From the IMG/VR virus record IMGVR_UViG_3300006113_000004: a stretch of 39,929 bases of DNA; one strand, written 5' to 3'. Shown here one piece after another: positions 19,701 to 28,165 of the stretch. Made by a program: the position numbers and the translations under genes. The notes under the pieces were generated by a model. That model did no database searches. It was not told where the DNA came from and saw nothing but the letters and a program-made list of their open reading frames with translations. Positions within the stretch are counted from its first letter, which is position 1. The number at the start of each line of letters is the position of its first letter. This stretch comes from a virus.

Positions 19701-22700
19701 GCGGACGGGGGTTAACTTGCCCTTCCCAAGCCCCCACCAATGGTCGGGTTCGGTACGCGCCCACAAACGGGTGTCGTCTACCATCTCGTGCTTCAGAATG
19801 GAGTTGGTCAAGTAAGACTGAAGCATCGTGCCCCAGCCCATTCGGTAACCGTTGAGCAGGAGTTCGGAGATGGAGACTCGGAGCGCCCAGCCGTTACTTA
19901 ACAAAGCCATTGGGACGAAGAACTTGGATTGCGTGGCGTTCAGGAAGTCAACCGTGTGCTGCCAGTTGTTGCGGTAGTACGGGTCGCGCTGGCGTGCCTT
20001 TTCCATTTCGTTTGCGTAGTCCTTAGCGAAGTCTGCGCGGTCGTCAGCAACAATCCCACGGCGCTCTGCCATGTCGCGGGCGTACTGAAGGAAGTCCTCG
20101 CGTCCGAAGGTGGAAGAATCGGGAATGGTGCCGTTGAGCGCGGAGAGCAAAGTCTGGTTGGCTTCGTACTGCGCTTTGAGGGGTTCTGTAGAACGTAGTG
20201 CTATTTGTGCCTCTAGGCGAGCCTGTTCGTCAGTGACCTTCTGATAAACGGAAAGGAAACGCTCAGGGCTGGTGAGGTCTTTGTTCTTCAGCGTTCCGGC
20301 GAGGGTTTCGGCCAATCCCTTAATCTTGGTGTCAAAGGCTTCTTGATACGCCTTGGACATTCCCCTTACGTCCGTCGCCTCAACAATCTTTTTCCACGCG
20401 AACGATGCGTCTTTCACGTCAACCGAGGAATAGCGAATGACACGGGCCAGACTCTCAAAATCCTTGGCGGGCTGGGTCAGGTCTTTGGCGTCGGCGCTGG
20501 CAATAAGGGCTGCTTCGCGCATGGCTTTGGCAAGGTTCTTCACGTCACGCGCACGGGGCATGATGAGGGAACCTTTTTGGGTGTCGTCAATGGCGGCGTG
20601 AGCTCCGATTCCCTCGGACTCAGGGTTACCGAGTCGAGAGTAGAACTCACCCTCTGGCCCAGCAACGTAGGTGCCAACATCTCCACCGCGATCTTTACCC
20701 ACCAACGCGACGACGTTTTTAAAAACTTCGTTCTCTACGGCGGAGCCCATGAGGTCGAGGGTGGTCTTGGGGAGTCCGGCGCGAGCGAGGTTGTTGACAA
20801 TCATCGTCACGCAATTGGTAAATGCCTGCGTGTAGTCGTCGGGGTTCTTGGTCGCCAAGAGGAAGTCGCCCATTGACTTGACGGTTTCGTTCGGAACCAT
20901 CGCAAGTCGGGCAAGGTCCATCAACGGCCCGATGGCGGCAGGGTCGCCAGGAGTAACGTGGACGTTCTCGATTTTGGCTGTCAGTGTGTCAACCCACATT
21001 GACTCTTTGTAAAACTGACCGGCGAGTTTCCGCGCCCACACCGCACGCCAGCGAACATCGGCGTTGGCTGCGTAGAACGCTGCGCCATCGGGCTTGGCGT
21101 CGAAACGGTTTTCCTTAATGCCGTCCTGAAACGCTTTGGTGAACAGTTCGTCAGAGCCGAGGGCTTCGCCCAAGGTGGTTGCTTGGCGAACGATAGCGCC
21201 CTTCAGGACCGTTTTAAAACCACTCCACAATCCAATCTTGGGGGCGTCGGTGATGACGAGCCCGCGCCCGTCCGCAACTTTCGCCATTGTGTTGATTGTT
21301 TCGCGGTAAGCGGCGTAGACAGAGGGAAGGTCTTGGGCCTTGCCTAACTTCTGCGCGAGTTCGGGGCTGATCGTGCCGTTGAAGTGCGTGTAGATTTCTG
21401 ACGCGCTGTGGGTCGCCATGTAGTTGTAGGCGCGTTGGACGGCGGGGTATTGCTGAGCGGTGCGCTCAATGTCGTCGGCGCTGCGAATTCCCGTACCACC
21501 CCACCATTGACCAAGGCCACCAGCGAAGCCTTCGGTGCTTTTGGCGGTCTTAACAACCCCCAACCCAGCGGCCAAAGGGTCGGCGGCAAACGTGGTCAGG
21601 TACATCGTTCCCAGATTGTTGATGGGGTTGTAGAACTCGGAATTTGGACTCATCCCCAACATCTGCAACGCTTCACCAACTGCGGAGACGGGCTTGCCAT
21701 CTGCACCAATGACCGTGCCGTTCTTGGTCTGCTCCCAGAGGGCAGGGTCTTGGCCTTGTGCTTGGAGCGACGTGGCGACGTAGAACGAGTTGAGGGGGAC
21801 GTTACGACCGGGGCGGGAGATTACGTCGAGGGCTTTCATCGCTGGTCGGAGTGGAGCGGCAACGGTTTTGGCGGCGTTGATGGCGGCTTGGAACGCGGGG
21901 CTACGGTCGGCGCGACGAGCTGCTTGCGCGGCTTTGATTTCGTCCAGACGCTTTGCGCTGTCGGCTAGGCGTTGGGCGGCTTCACCTGCGGCGATCTTTT
22001 GTTCGTCGGTAAGGGCTTGACCGGCCTTCTGCGCGGCGTTGGCGGCGTCAACAACGGCTTGGTCACCGGCGAGCGCGGCTTCAGTTCCACCCTCGGCTGC
22101 GGTCGTGGCACCGTCTGAAATAACTGCGCCGGCGATGGCAGGAATGGCTTGGCCCAATGCGTAGGCATACCCGTGTTGACGGACCATAGATTCTTCGTAA
22201 GCAAGAATGTGGTTCGGCATATTGAGAACCGACTTGTCGCTGAACGGGTTGACGTTTTCGCCAAGATTTGTAGTGGTGTGCCACAGGTCTTTGTAGCCCG
22301 CCGTTCCGTGACCGCCCAAGAGTTCATTGGCGGAGATGCCGATTCGGTTGACCGCGTTCGCGCCTGAAGTAACGATTCCTGAAACGGCGTTGTAAGCGCC
22401 CTTGCCTACGTCTGAAAGAGTGCTGGTGATATCCCCCCAGAGTCCAGGGCGAGGGGCGTTGATCTTGGCCGCTGCCGCCGCGTTCACTTTGGGGTCGCCC
22501 GAACACGCGTTGAGACGCTCGGCTGCGGTGGTGGCGTACTTCAGCGCAAGGGCGGTTTGCTCAGGGTTGGTGTTGATAGATTGCGCGAGGGCCAGAACCG
22601 ATTGAGGGTCTTTCACCAAAAAAGGGTTGGTTTGCGCGATGCCCGTGATTTTCTGCTGAAGGCTGGTGGAGAGGTCGTTGTACGACTCCGTACCGGGGAA

Positions 22701-22754
22701 AGCCGCGATGGAATCGTTGCCGGTGTACGCAGGAAGGCCGGTGGGTTCAGCCAT
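16722..22754 (-). CDS. Giant virion-associated protein (2010 aa), function unknown. Candidate internal/ejected protein
   Basis: A single uninterrupted 6-kb ORF between the portal-proximal genes and the scaffold. It is mostly helical-looking and Ala-rich at the N-terminus. I could see no polymerase, protease or lysozyme motif. Confidence 0.9.
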   Translation of the reverse strand: MAEPTGLPAYTGNDSIAAFPGTESYNDLSTSLQQKITGIAQTNPFLVKDPQSVLALAQSINTNPEQTALALKYATTAAERLNACSGDPKVNAAAAAKINAPRPGLWGDITSTLSDVGKGAYNAVSGIVTSGANAVNRIGISANELLGGHGTAGYKDLWHTTTNLGENVNPFSDKSVLNMPNHILAYEESMVRQHGYAYALGQAIPAIAGAVISDGATTAAEGGTEAALAGDQAVVDAANAAQKAGQALTDEQKIAAGEAAQRLADSAKRLDEIKAAQAARRADRSPAFQAAINAAKTVAAPLRPAMKALDVISRPGRNVPLNSFYVATSLQAQGQDPALWEQTKNGTVIGADGKPVSAVGEALQMLGMSPNSEFYNPINNLGTMYLTTFAADPLAAGLGVVKTAKSTEGFAGGLGQWWGGTGIRSADDIERTAQQYPAVQRAYNYMATHSASEIYTHFNGTISPELAQKLGKAQDLPSVYAAYRETINTMAKVADGRGLVITDAPKIGLWSGFKTVLKGAIVRQATTLGEALGSDELFTKAFQDGIKENRFDAKPDGAAFYAANADVRWRAVWARKLAGQFYKESMWVDTLTAKIENVHVTPGDPAAIGPLMDLARLAMVPNETVKSMGDFLLATKNPDDYTQAFTNCVTMIVNNLARAGLPKTTLDLMGSAVENEVFKNVVALVGKDRGGDVGTYVAGPEGEFYSRLGNPESEGIGAHAAIDDTQKGSLIMPRARDVKNLAKAMREAALIASADAKDLTQPAKDFESLARVIRYSSVDVKDASFAWKKIVEATDVRGMSKAYQEAFDTKIKGLAETLAGTLKNKDLTSPERFLSVYQKVTDEQARLEAQIALRSTEPLKAQYEANQTLLSALNGTIPDSSTFGREDFLQYARDMAERRGIVADDRADFAKDYANEMEKARQRDPYYRNNWQHTVDFLNATQSKFFVPMALLSNGWALRVSISELLLNGYRMGWGTMLQSYLTNSILKHEMVDDTRLWARTEPDHWWGLGKGKLTPVRDIPENASLLIKSNNLKARAVRVVRDIVAGSLLGIEERLLEGYNEAERLRMIDHTVSTVMRHKGYMPMDVHQVEGAIYDPGLLNQRIADKYVDIDPSGRIGILKASRTGQYVPVSLGQNGYVAGLRDALLRQGTSELKAPLYSHIYDKTLNRGLDEIEKGLNTNPDKMLNAATKHVEQYYKGLPNLTELLQKDPKFSFRKLTRDLLQEKKPSGALEEFVLGLGAKTLNSQAEKQLLMAELQGIAENKLRSLTPSELAAYRRSELTLLREGETDPIKGWAEALAYDSIHHVSGFSPVRDAEGISKPVFHGTLIRQTTNVDNVKSVQSIAEEVKAMGDTAPVNIPTRGFEAYHALQAGTRTNLIQDISRYGHERILGPIVNNLSRDPIWAHEFHVQMELREPMIAAGVISREQAEAEAEYKAVMNMSQFVHNPKDKLVFERNMRVAAPFYFAQNQAYRRFFRLLGDNPAAAERYMKMCLALTNYVAGHTQNGQTPSLYIPGSTYLTGVVGKIFGFNGVVPDIGLAASPTSINTVVPTGSSTGTDMFGTFARPSFGPVVDIPLKFAHEHFFQNNEFVDKVYRDFLGPVGSQTSIWDDVVPNSTARALFTIAESPLKTNTALLSTQLSVMKSTLSELYAKMYDEEYAKDAQTYINQGIPQSQLVQLIRANADAKFVNFFQGETNSAEAQKFLDAMHSQALALYILKSAVNASSPVAISTMERFSQEPKLQAILNQKNKDGSPKYTVSEGLDLFAQQHPDHLLDLVTKTSGSYESYPETTAALSFLTQYRGVVQKYPYGSAMLIPQTGQYSSAAYQLETSMGLRTLDTPEEYLRSILTSIGDDYYYNYLRPMAMDAPGGSQTYSDGTIGLSYEGQKSLTTMAQTYAKQSNPTWGQYGSVINPTAKSSVAFQAFDNVKAMLNDPKATPLFGGNKAMYAQLVNYTEQFQQLLQTATPAEAGNLRPEWYDYCTNLAQSPEAKPAAYFITSVMRRLGTKAGL

Positions 22755-23215
22755 TAGTAACCTGCGAGTCGGGCGGTGGCGGCAAGGTTTTGGAGCGTGC
22801 TAGAAGCGTTCGGGAGTGACGCAAGCGCGCCGAGCTGGTCCGCGATGGACGGGGCTTGACCTAGAACTTCAGGACCCCCACCGGGGCCAAAAGGCATACC
22901 GTGAGTGATGGGTTCGGCTGGGCGCGTGGAAGGGTGGTCGAACAACAATGAGCCGGGGGCTGGTCCTACCTGCTGGGGCATAGTGGCAGAAGGGGCGGAC
23001 GTGCTTGGAGTTTCCACCGAAGTGTTCTGGGTCTCCTGTGGAAGCGGTACGGCACGTTGCGCTGCCTGCTGTTGGGCTTTCACCCCATACGGCTGGTTGG
23101 GCGCGGCAATGACGGGCTGGTGTTGGTTGAGGTCCGTGCGGTTGGCCGAACTCTCGCCCTGCGCCATTTCCCTTGCGCCGCCTCGTGGGTCGCGCTTAAA
23201 CGTGCTGCGTGGCAT
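22754..23215 (-). CDS. Hypothetical Pro/Gln/Ala-rich protein
   Basis: 153-aa low-complexity ORF between the portal and the giant gene, with a 1-nt overlap to the giant gene start. Confidence 0.65.
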   Translation of the reverse strand: MPRSTFKRDPRGGAREMAQGESSANRTDLNQHQPVIAAPNQPYGVKAQQQAAQRAVPLPQETQNTSVETPSTSAPSATMPQQVGPAPGSLLFDHPSTRPAEPITHGMPFGPGGGPEVLGQAPSIADQLGALASLPNASSTLQNLAATARLAGY

Positions 23216-23223
23216 CTTCTCTC

Positions 23224-25146
23224 CTAAGCACCAACGGGTACGGCGCTACCCATAGAAGCGGTTGCTGGGCCGGTGGCTGGCATATTGCTAGTCAACATGG
23301 GGGCTTTGCCTGCGGTGGCAGGGTGGGCGGACGCTAACAAGGAAACAAGGTCGGGCGGTCCTTGCGCTCCCTGCGGTGCCGGTGCGCTCGTGGGCTGCGT
23401 CGGGTCAAGTCCAGGCTGGGCTTCGGAAGAACCGGCCTGCTCTTGCTGGGCTTGGGCTTGGGCCGCTTGCTGCTTCTGAACATCTTTTTGGACCTGCTGA
23501 ACGACCGCTTCAATGGGTTCGCCCTTCAACCTTCCTTCGATGATTTGTGCAATTTCGTGAGGGGCGATCTGGCCCTGAGCCGCTTGCTGGTCAAGAGAGT
23601 CCATCAACGACTTTCGCAATTTCTCAATCTCAATCTTTTCGATTTCGGCGCGAGCGTCCTTAATCATCGGGTCGGCTTCCATCGCGGTCTGCTGGCTCAT
23701 CAACCCACCGCCGTACTTCTGAGCGAGCATGATCGTAAGCCCCTGCGCGTCGGTTCCGGCCATCGCGTACTCCACTTTGGAGTAGGTCATGGTAAAGAGT
23801 TCGTTCGGAACGTAGTCGCCTGGGCCCTCGATCTTCCCACTCTTGGGAATGAAGAACATGGACGGCTCGTCGCCGTAGTAGGACTTCATAATCCGACACG
23901 CGATTTCGTTCTCTTGCTCAAACGAATTGGCGAGAATGGTTTGGTCCTCTTGGATTCGTCCGTCAACCGTCGCGCCAAGAATATCCTGCCCTCGTCGTCC
24001 GGTGCGAATGTTGGACGCGGACTCTGCACCCCAGTCGGCAGGGACTCCACCGTTGGAACGCTGATTGGCTTCCAAGCGGTCCATCATCTGCATGGCGTCC
24101 TGTGGGCCGGGGTTGTGGATCGTCTGAAGTTGGGCGTTTTGGATTTCACCGATAATGCCGCGCTTGCCGTCCGCGTGAACAATGATGTTCGGCGGGGCAA
24201 TGGCGTTGGGGGTTCCAACCGCCCACTGGTCGTTAAACACGTTGTCAACAATGGCGATGGTGGAGAGTGCCATGAGCTTGCTTTGCATCATGTACATTCC
24301 GATCATCTGGTCAAACTGACCCGCGATTCGGTCAAGGGTAATCCGACCCGCAAAAACAACGGGGCAGACTTCGGCCTTGTTGACAATACGCATCAGAAGT
24401 TCGCACGAACTGTAGCCCTGAACGTTCGGGTCGTCCTTGTAGTTTCTACGTCCAGGGGGGTCTTGGCCCACGACAACCAAAACGTGTTCGCGGTCGTCAA
24501 CGTACTCCAAGACTTTGAATTCCGTAGTGTCGTTGAACTGCCGCCCCTTGTAAAGACGCTGAGCCGCGCCGGGGTAATTAGCTTGCAACCAACCGAGGGT
24601 GCGCTTGTCAGTAAAGATGCAGTTCTCAGGGTTGACGCCAAGGTGTTCGCTCATGCTCGATGGGAACGCCGTCAAAGGATTGCGGACGCGCCAGTGCGGA
24701 ATCCGGCGCTTGTCGGTCGGGTCGAGGGAAATGGGGGAAAGCGAAGCACAGGTCGAACCGTAGGCGGAAAGGTGGCGAGCCCTGCGACGGGTCTGCATAT
24801 CCCACTTGTTCATGTCCCACCAGCCAAGGTTTGCGTTGCGGCGGTTGTCGGCGGCTTGGTCGTGGCCCTTAAATCCGGGGCGGAAACTTGGATACCAAAT
24901 GTCCGGTCGGACAGACGCGACTCGCATGGAGTATTGGTCAATGCCCTGAGCAATCAGGTTGGGAACGGCGGATTGTTCCTCTTTGTCAAGTTCGGGGAGA
25001 TACACATGGGTGTCACCGTTGTAAGCATCGCGGACTTTCTCCATCGCCAAAATGCTCTTGCCGCGCTCCAACTGACGCTGCCGGTACTGAGAAAGAATTT
25101 CGCGGGCTGCTTCGTCGTCATTAAGCGGTAGGCGTGGGGTCCACAT
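23224..25146 (-). CDS. Portal protein, start refined to MWTPRLPL
   Basis: ~640 aa, directly downstream of the large terminase. The ATG at 25144-25146 shares one base with the terminase TGA (25146-25148). The C-terminal tail is Gln/Ala-rich. The call rests on position and size. Confidence 0.75.
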   Translation of the reverse strand: MWTPRLPLNDDEAAREILSQYRQRQLERGKSILAMEKVRDAYNGDTHVYLPELDKEEQSAVPNLIAQGIDQYSMRVASVRPDIWYPSFRPGFKGHDQAADNRRNANLGWWDMNKWDMQTRRRARHLSAYGSTCASLSPISLDPTDKRRIPHWRVRNPLTAFPSSMSEHLGVNPENCIFTDKRTLGWLQANYPGAAQRLYKGRQFNDTTEFKVLEYVDDREHVLVVVGQDPPGRRNYKDDPNVQGYSSCELLMRIVNKAEVCPVVFAGRITLDRIAGQFDQMIGMYMMQSKLMALSTIAIVDNVFNDQWAVGTPNAIAPPNIIVHADGKRGIIGEIQNAQLQTIHNPGPQDAMQMMDRLEANQRSNGGVPADWGAESASNIRTGRRGQDILGATVDGRIQEDQTILANSFEQENEIACRIMKSYYGDEPSMFFIPKSGKIEGPGDYVPNELFTMTYSKVEYAMAGTDAQGLTIMLAQKYGGGLMSQQTAMEADPMIKDARAEIEKIEIEKLRKSLMDSLDQQAAQGQIAPHEIAQIIEGRLKGEPIEAVVQQVQKDVQKQQAAQAQAQQEQAGSSEAQPGLDPTQPTSAPAPQGAQGPPDLVSLLASAHPATAGKAPMLTSNMPATGPATASMGSAVPVGA

Positions 25147-27098
25147 CAGGCAATCCTCTGTCGTTGTTGTAACCAACTAGGCCGAGTGGCCGCCCGTACT
25201 TCGCGCACTCTAGTTCTTATATTAGGCAAGTTCCACTCAAAAAACCACTGAGCCATCACGCAGTCGTCAGTTCGCATACCGCCGACTCCGTATTTGGTCA
25301 CTTCGTCAATGAGTTTAATGCTGGAAGTTGCCCCGCGTCCTTTGAGGGGAAGATTGACTTTCCCATCTCGATACAGCGGTCCAAGGGATTCTACACCGTA
25401 ATCACGGTCAGCCTTGTTTGCTCCCGTGGTGTGGGGGGTGACTTCAACGTTGTGCCTCAAAGTCCATTGTTTCATTGAGCTCGTCTGCAAGAAGAACTTG
25501 GCGGCGGCGTTTTGCTCAAAAATCCATCGCTGGATAGGGAACCCTAGACGGGTGGAGCGAACTTGCCATTCTTCCGCGAGGCCGGTGAAGGTGCTGGTGT
25601 TGAGGTCAAAGTCAAGAAATTCGGGGGCTTCCATCTTTGCGCGGTGCAGGGCAATTAGATACCTCATGTCGGTCGGCTTGTGATACACCCACACTTGGCA
25701 GGACCAATACATCGCTGGGGAAGGGTCCACCGAACCGACGATCAAACACTCTTGGACGGGGAGCATGGACCCGTCTGCCTTCTTGGGCCATTCCCATTCG
25801 TCGCGGTCGTAGTCAACGCATTTGGTCGGGTGGCCCTGCTGCCCGTACACCCACGCCGGATTGACCAAGGTTTGTGTCTGGGCTATGTCCTCTTGCTGGT
25901 AGATGACTTGGAAACGTTCGGAACGGTTGGTCATCAAACTTTGGATTTTGCGCCACGTCAATCGTTTGGGGGAAAGCAGACAGCCCTTCGGGTACGGCTC
26001 GGCGGAGTAAGCGTGGGAACCCTCGGTGCATTTTTCTTCGTAATGCGCTCGGTAAATAATGTGCTTGTACTTAGGCACCATCGCCGCGTCCTCTAAAGCT
26101 TCGGGGTCCTCGTCGTCGGGCACGTCATCAAGGGGGCGTTGCATATCAAGCGCAAATCGGTACAGGTCGTCAGACGCGATTCTCTGGCCCACTAAAGCAA
26201 AGAGCCCACCTGGTTCCAGTCGCGCTTCCATCACGTCCTGAAAGTTGTTCTCTAGTTCTTCTTTGGCTTCGACGGTTCGGGTTTTGCGTGGGTCAACGAG
26301 GTCGTCCCAGAGCGAAACGTCAATACGCGAACCAATATAGGAAGTGTCCATGCCGTAGGCTTGAAGCGTGGGGTCCTTGTTGGTGATTGAGGCCCCGTCC
26401 AACTGCTCCACAATCAACGCGGATTTGGTCCACACATCTCGCTCAATGGGCTTGAACCTGCCAAAGTCCTGCGCGAGCGAAGCCTCAGCGTCAAGGGCCA
26501 AGCCCCTGCGCTTCATGTCAGACCTAGCCAACATGGGTTGAGTTGATTCTAGAATTCGCTTGGCTTCCGACAGCATCTTGTCGGCTTGGGTCTGGGTTAC
26601 CGAACCAAAAAGAATTCGTACCCCTCGGTCACGGCAGATACACCAGAGGGCAAAGTCGAGAAACAGAGCCGACTTTCCTGAACCCGGTGGGCAGTTGACG
26701 ACAACGTATTCTTCTTCTTCGGACTCCCTCAACTCCATGAGTTTAAGGATTGCTTCTTCCTGCCACGGAATAGGGACTCGCCCTAGATACCGTTGGCGGA
26801 AATAGCGCAGGTCAGACAGAGCGCGTTTGGCTTCTGGCCCCAACGCCTCATACGGCAGAGGGGGCTTGATGGCCTTTTCTTCTTTTTCCTGAATCTGTTT
26901 TTTGATAACAGACTCTTTGGTGGTGAACTTGGCCGACCCGTGTTCTTTGGCGTACTCCGCTATTTTGGCCTTGTTCATCCAATCCAAAGCGGTTTTGTAG
27001 GAAATGCCCGCTTGACGCGCTGCTTCCGCTTTAGTAAGGCCAGCGTTGATGCACTTGAAGAAAATGCGGCGCTTGTCCTCGGATGCGTAGTTGACCAT
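25146..27098 (-). CDS. terL: Terminase large subunit with a fused N-terminal HTH domain
   Basis: 650 aa. Walker A is 'NCPPGSGKSALF'. The N-terminal 'INAGLTKAEAARQAGISYKTALDWMNK' is a helix-turn-helix of the type usually seen in small terminases or transposase HTHs. Confidence 0.9.
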   Translation of the reverse strand: MVNYASEDKRRIFFKCINAGLTKAEAARQAGISYKTALDWMNKAKIAEYAKEHGSAKFTTKESVIKKQIQEKEEKAIKPPLPYEALGPEAKRALSDLRYFRQRYLGRVPIPWQEEAILKLMELRESEEEEYVVVNCPPGSGKSALFLDFALWCICRDRGVRILFGSVTQTQADKMLSEAKRILESTQPMLARSDMKRRGLALDAEASLAQDFGRFKPIERDVWTKSALIVEQLDGASITNKDPTLQAYGMDTSYIGSRIDVSLWDDLVDPRKTRTVEAKEELENNFQDVMEARLEPGGLFALVGQRIASDDLYRFALDMQRPLDDVPDDEDPEALEDAAMVPKYKHIIYRAHYEEKCTEGSHAYSAEPYPKGCLLSPKRLTWRKIQSLMTNRSERFQVIYQQEDIAQTQTLVNPAWVYGQQGHPTKCVDYDRDEWEWPKKADGSMLPVQECLIVGSVDPSPAMYWSCQVWVYHKPTDMRYLIALHRAKMEAPEFLDFDLNTSTFTGLAEEWQVRSTRLGFPIQRWIFEQNAAAKFFLQTSSMKQWTLRHNVEVTPHTTGANKADRDYGVESLGPLYRDGKVNLPLKGRGATSSIKLIDEVTKYGVGGMRTDDCVMAQWFFEWNLPNIRTRVREVRAATRPSWLQQRQRIA

Positions 27099-27469
27099 TA
27101 CAACTTCAGGTCAGGGCTCCCCGTGACCGGCGTAGCCGAAGTGCCGTCAGGGGTTGAGACGCTGCCAGTGAGGTCGCGCATCGAAGCTCCGATTTCGTCA
27201 ACCGCTTTAGCCGCTTCTGCGACAGGGGCAGGGACGACATTCTGATTTGCCAGAATCGCGTTTACGACCTTGCGCTCGTCCGAGAGTGCGGTCAAGACCT
27301 TGCCGGAAACGTGCAGGTGCAACGACTGAAGAACGCCGATGAGAGCGGTGGCGGCAATCACAACGATCTGCTGGACCGACTGTGACACATGGAATCCAGG
27401 GTGGACGACCGCAACCAAAGCGATGACACCAGCAAGGGCCGAGGAAACGTGGGTAGGAACATTCTTCAT
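27098..27469 (-). CDS. Membrane protein (2 TM), start refined to MKNVPTHV
   Basis: A strong SD (AAAGGAGAGAC) precedes the ATG at 27469. The TM segments are 'ALAGVIALVAVV' and 'IVVIAATALIGVL'. Its TAA shares one base with the terminase ATG. Confidence 0.7.
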   Translation of the reverse strand: MKNVPTHVSSALAGVIALVAVVHPGFHVSQSVQQIVVIAATALIGVLQSLHLHVSGKVLTALSDERKVVNAILANQNVVPAPVAEAAKAVDEIGASMRDLTGSVSTPDGTSATPVTGSPDLKL

Positions 27470-27523
27470 TGTCTCTCCTTTGACGTTTGTTACATTACAC
27501 GGTTTCCGCCCCATAATGCGAAA

Positions 27524-27542
27524 TGCCCCCCATAAGGGGGCA
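27524..27542 (-). terminator. GC-rich hairpin upstream of the structural operon (terminator or processing structure)
   Basis: TGCCCCC-cataa-GGGGGCA forms a 7-bp stem. On the minus strand it is followed by ATTTCGCATTAT. It lies between the tRNA region and the first structural gene. Confidence 0.35.
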
Positions 27543-28053
27543 ATCGCAGTCACCAGTGAGGGAGCAATGGAACGCTCACATCGTATCAGATGTTTAGTCC
27601 CATTTGCGTGCGTTGAGAGCAAAAATTGCTTTCTTCCGCAACGAGGGTGAGTTGGAGTTCTTCGCCGCCTTTAGTCGCGCCAGAGGAATCTTCTCATGCT
27701 CAGGGATGTGGAGTACTTCGTGCAGACTCCCGACTTTGCTGGGCTTGATCTTGATGGGCTTTGTCACGTTCTCTCTTTTCGGCTTCTAGACGGGCGACTT
27801 CTTTGGGGCTGACTTTTTTCTTCACCGGACAAGTGTAGCCGTGGCAGTAGAGTGGTTTTCGTGCATCTCGACCGCTACGGAGTGTGGGTGGGAAGTGACG
27901 TGGTGCGAAATGGAATTATCGGCTCCGCGCTGGTGATTGTTTTCGTGGTGTTAATCCACTTCTACACCAAAGGCCGGTGAGCGCAGCTATCGCAAAATCA
28001 GGCGTGTCTCAATATCCGGACATGGCGTGATGTACCAAAATCAGAACACCCCT

Positions 28054-28127
28054 TGGCCCCCACTACCGAGAGTCGAACTCGGTGTTACGGTTCCCGAAGG
28101 AATGGCAACGGCTCCCGGCCAGCAGGG
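28054..28127 (-). ncRNA. tRNA-like element without an anticodon loop (or a degenerate tRNA)
   Basis: The minus strand reads CCCTGCT-GG-CCGGGAGCCG..TTCC-TTCG-GGAA..-ACCGAG-TTCGACT-CTCGGT-AGTGGGG-G-CCA. It has a canonical T-arm with a TTCGACT loop. The 7-bp acceptor stem has two G-U pairs, which would be C-A mismatches on the other strand. CCA is encoded. The anticodon arm is replaced by a UUCG-capped hairpin. Confidence 0.35.
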
Positions 28128-28165
28128 TAAATCACCAGTTGCATACGCGCCATGCAACCAGCTAG

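Noticed and set aside
16722-22754. The 2010-aa protein as a tape measure protein
   Set aside because: It lies between the portal and scaffold genes, not after tail-tube and chaperone genes. No tail tube, sheath or frameshifted chaperone pair is present.
23362-25131. 589-aa plus-strand ORF opposite the portal gene
   Set aside because: It is a typical antisense shadow ORF of a GC-rich gene. It is Arg/Leu/Gly/Val-rich with low complexity, has no SD, and lies fully inside a well-supported minus-strand gene in a genome that is otherwise tightly packed on that strand.
27594-27830. Minus-strand frames '..YCHGYTCPVKKKVSPKEVARLEAEKRERDK..' and 'VTKPIKIKPSKVGSLHEVLHIPEHEKIPLARLKAAKNSNSPSLRKKAIFALNARKWD'
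   Set aside because: Neither has an ATG or a credible SD. They would need a frameshift near AAAAGAGAGAAC to join into one protein. This may be a decayed gene, but I cannot support a CDS call.
27852-27980. Plus-strand 42-codon hydrophobic peptide ('..RNGIIGSALVIVFVVLIHFYTKGR'), a possible type-I-toxin-like micro-ORF
   Set aside because: It has only GTG starts, no convincing SD or promoter, and is very short. A hydrophobic frame can arise by chance opposite GC-rich sequence. It is worth a look in Ribo-seq data but is not supportable from sequence alone.
28054-28127. The tRNA-like 3' part as an attP core for integration into a host tRNA gene
   Set aside because: I could recognise no integrase, recombinase, excisionase or repressor module anywhere in the genome. 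In addition, the element has a complete 5' acceptor strand and is not just a 3' tRNA fragment. It is kept as a minor alternative only.
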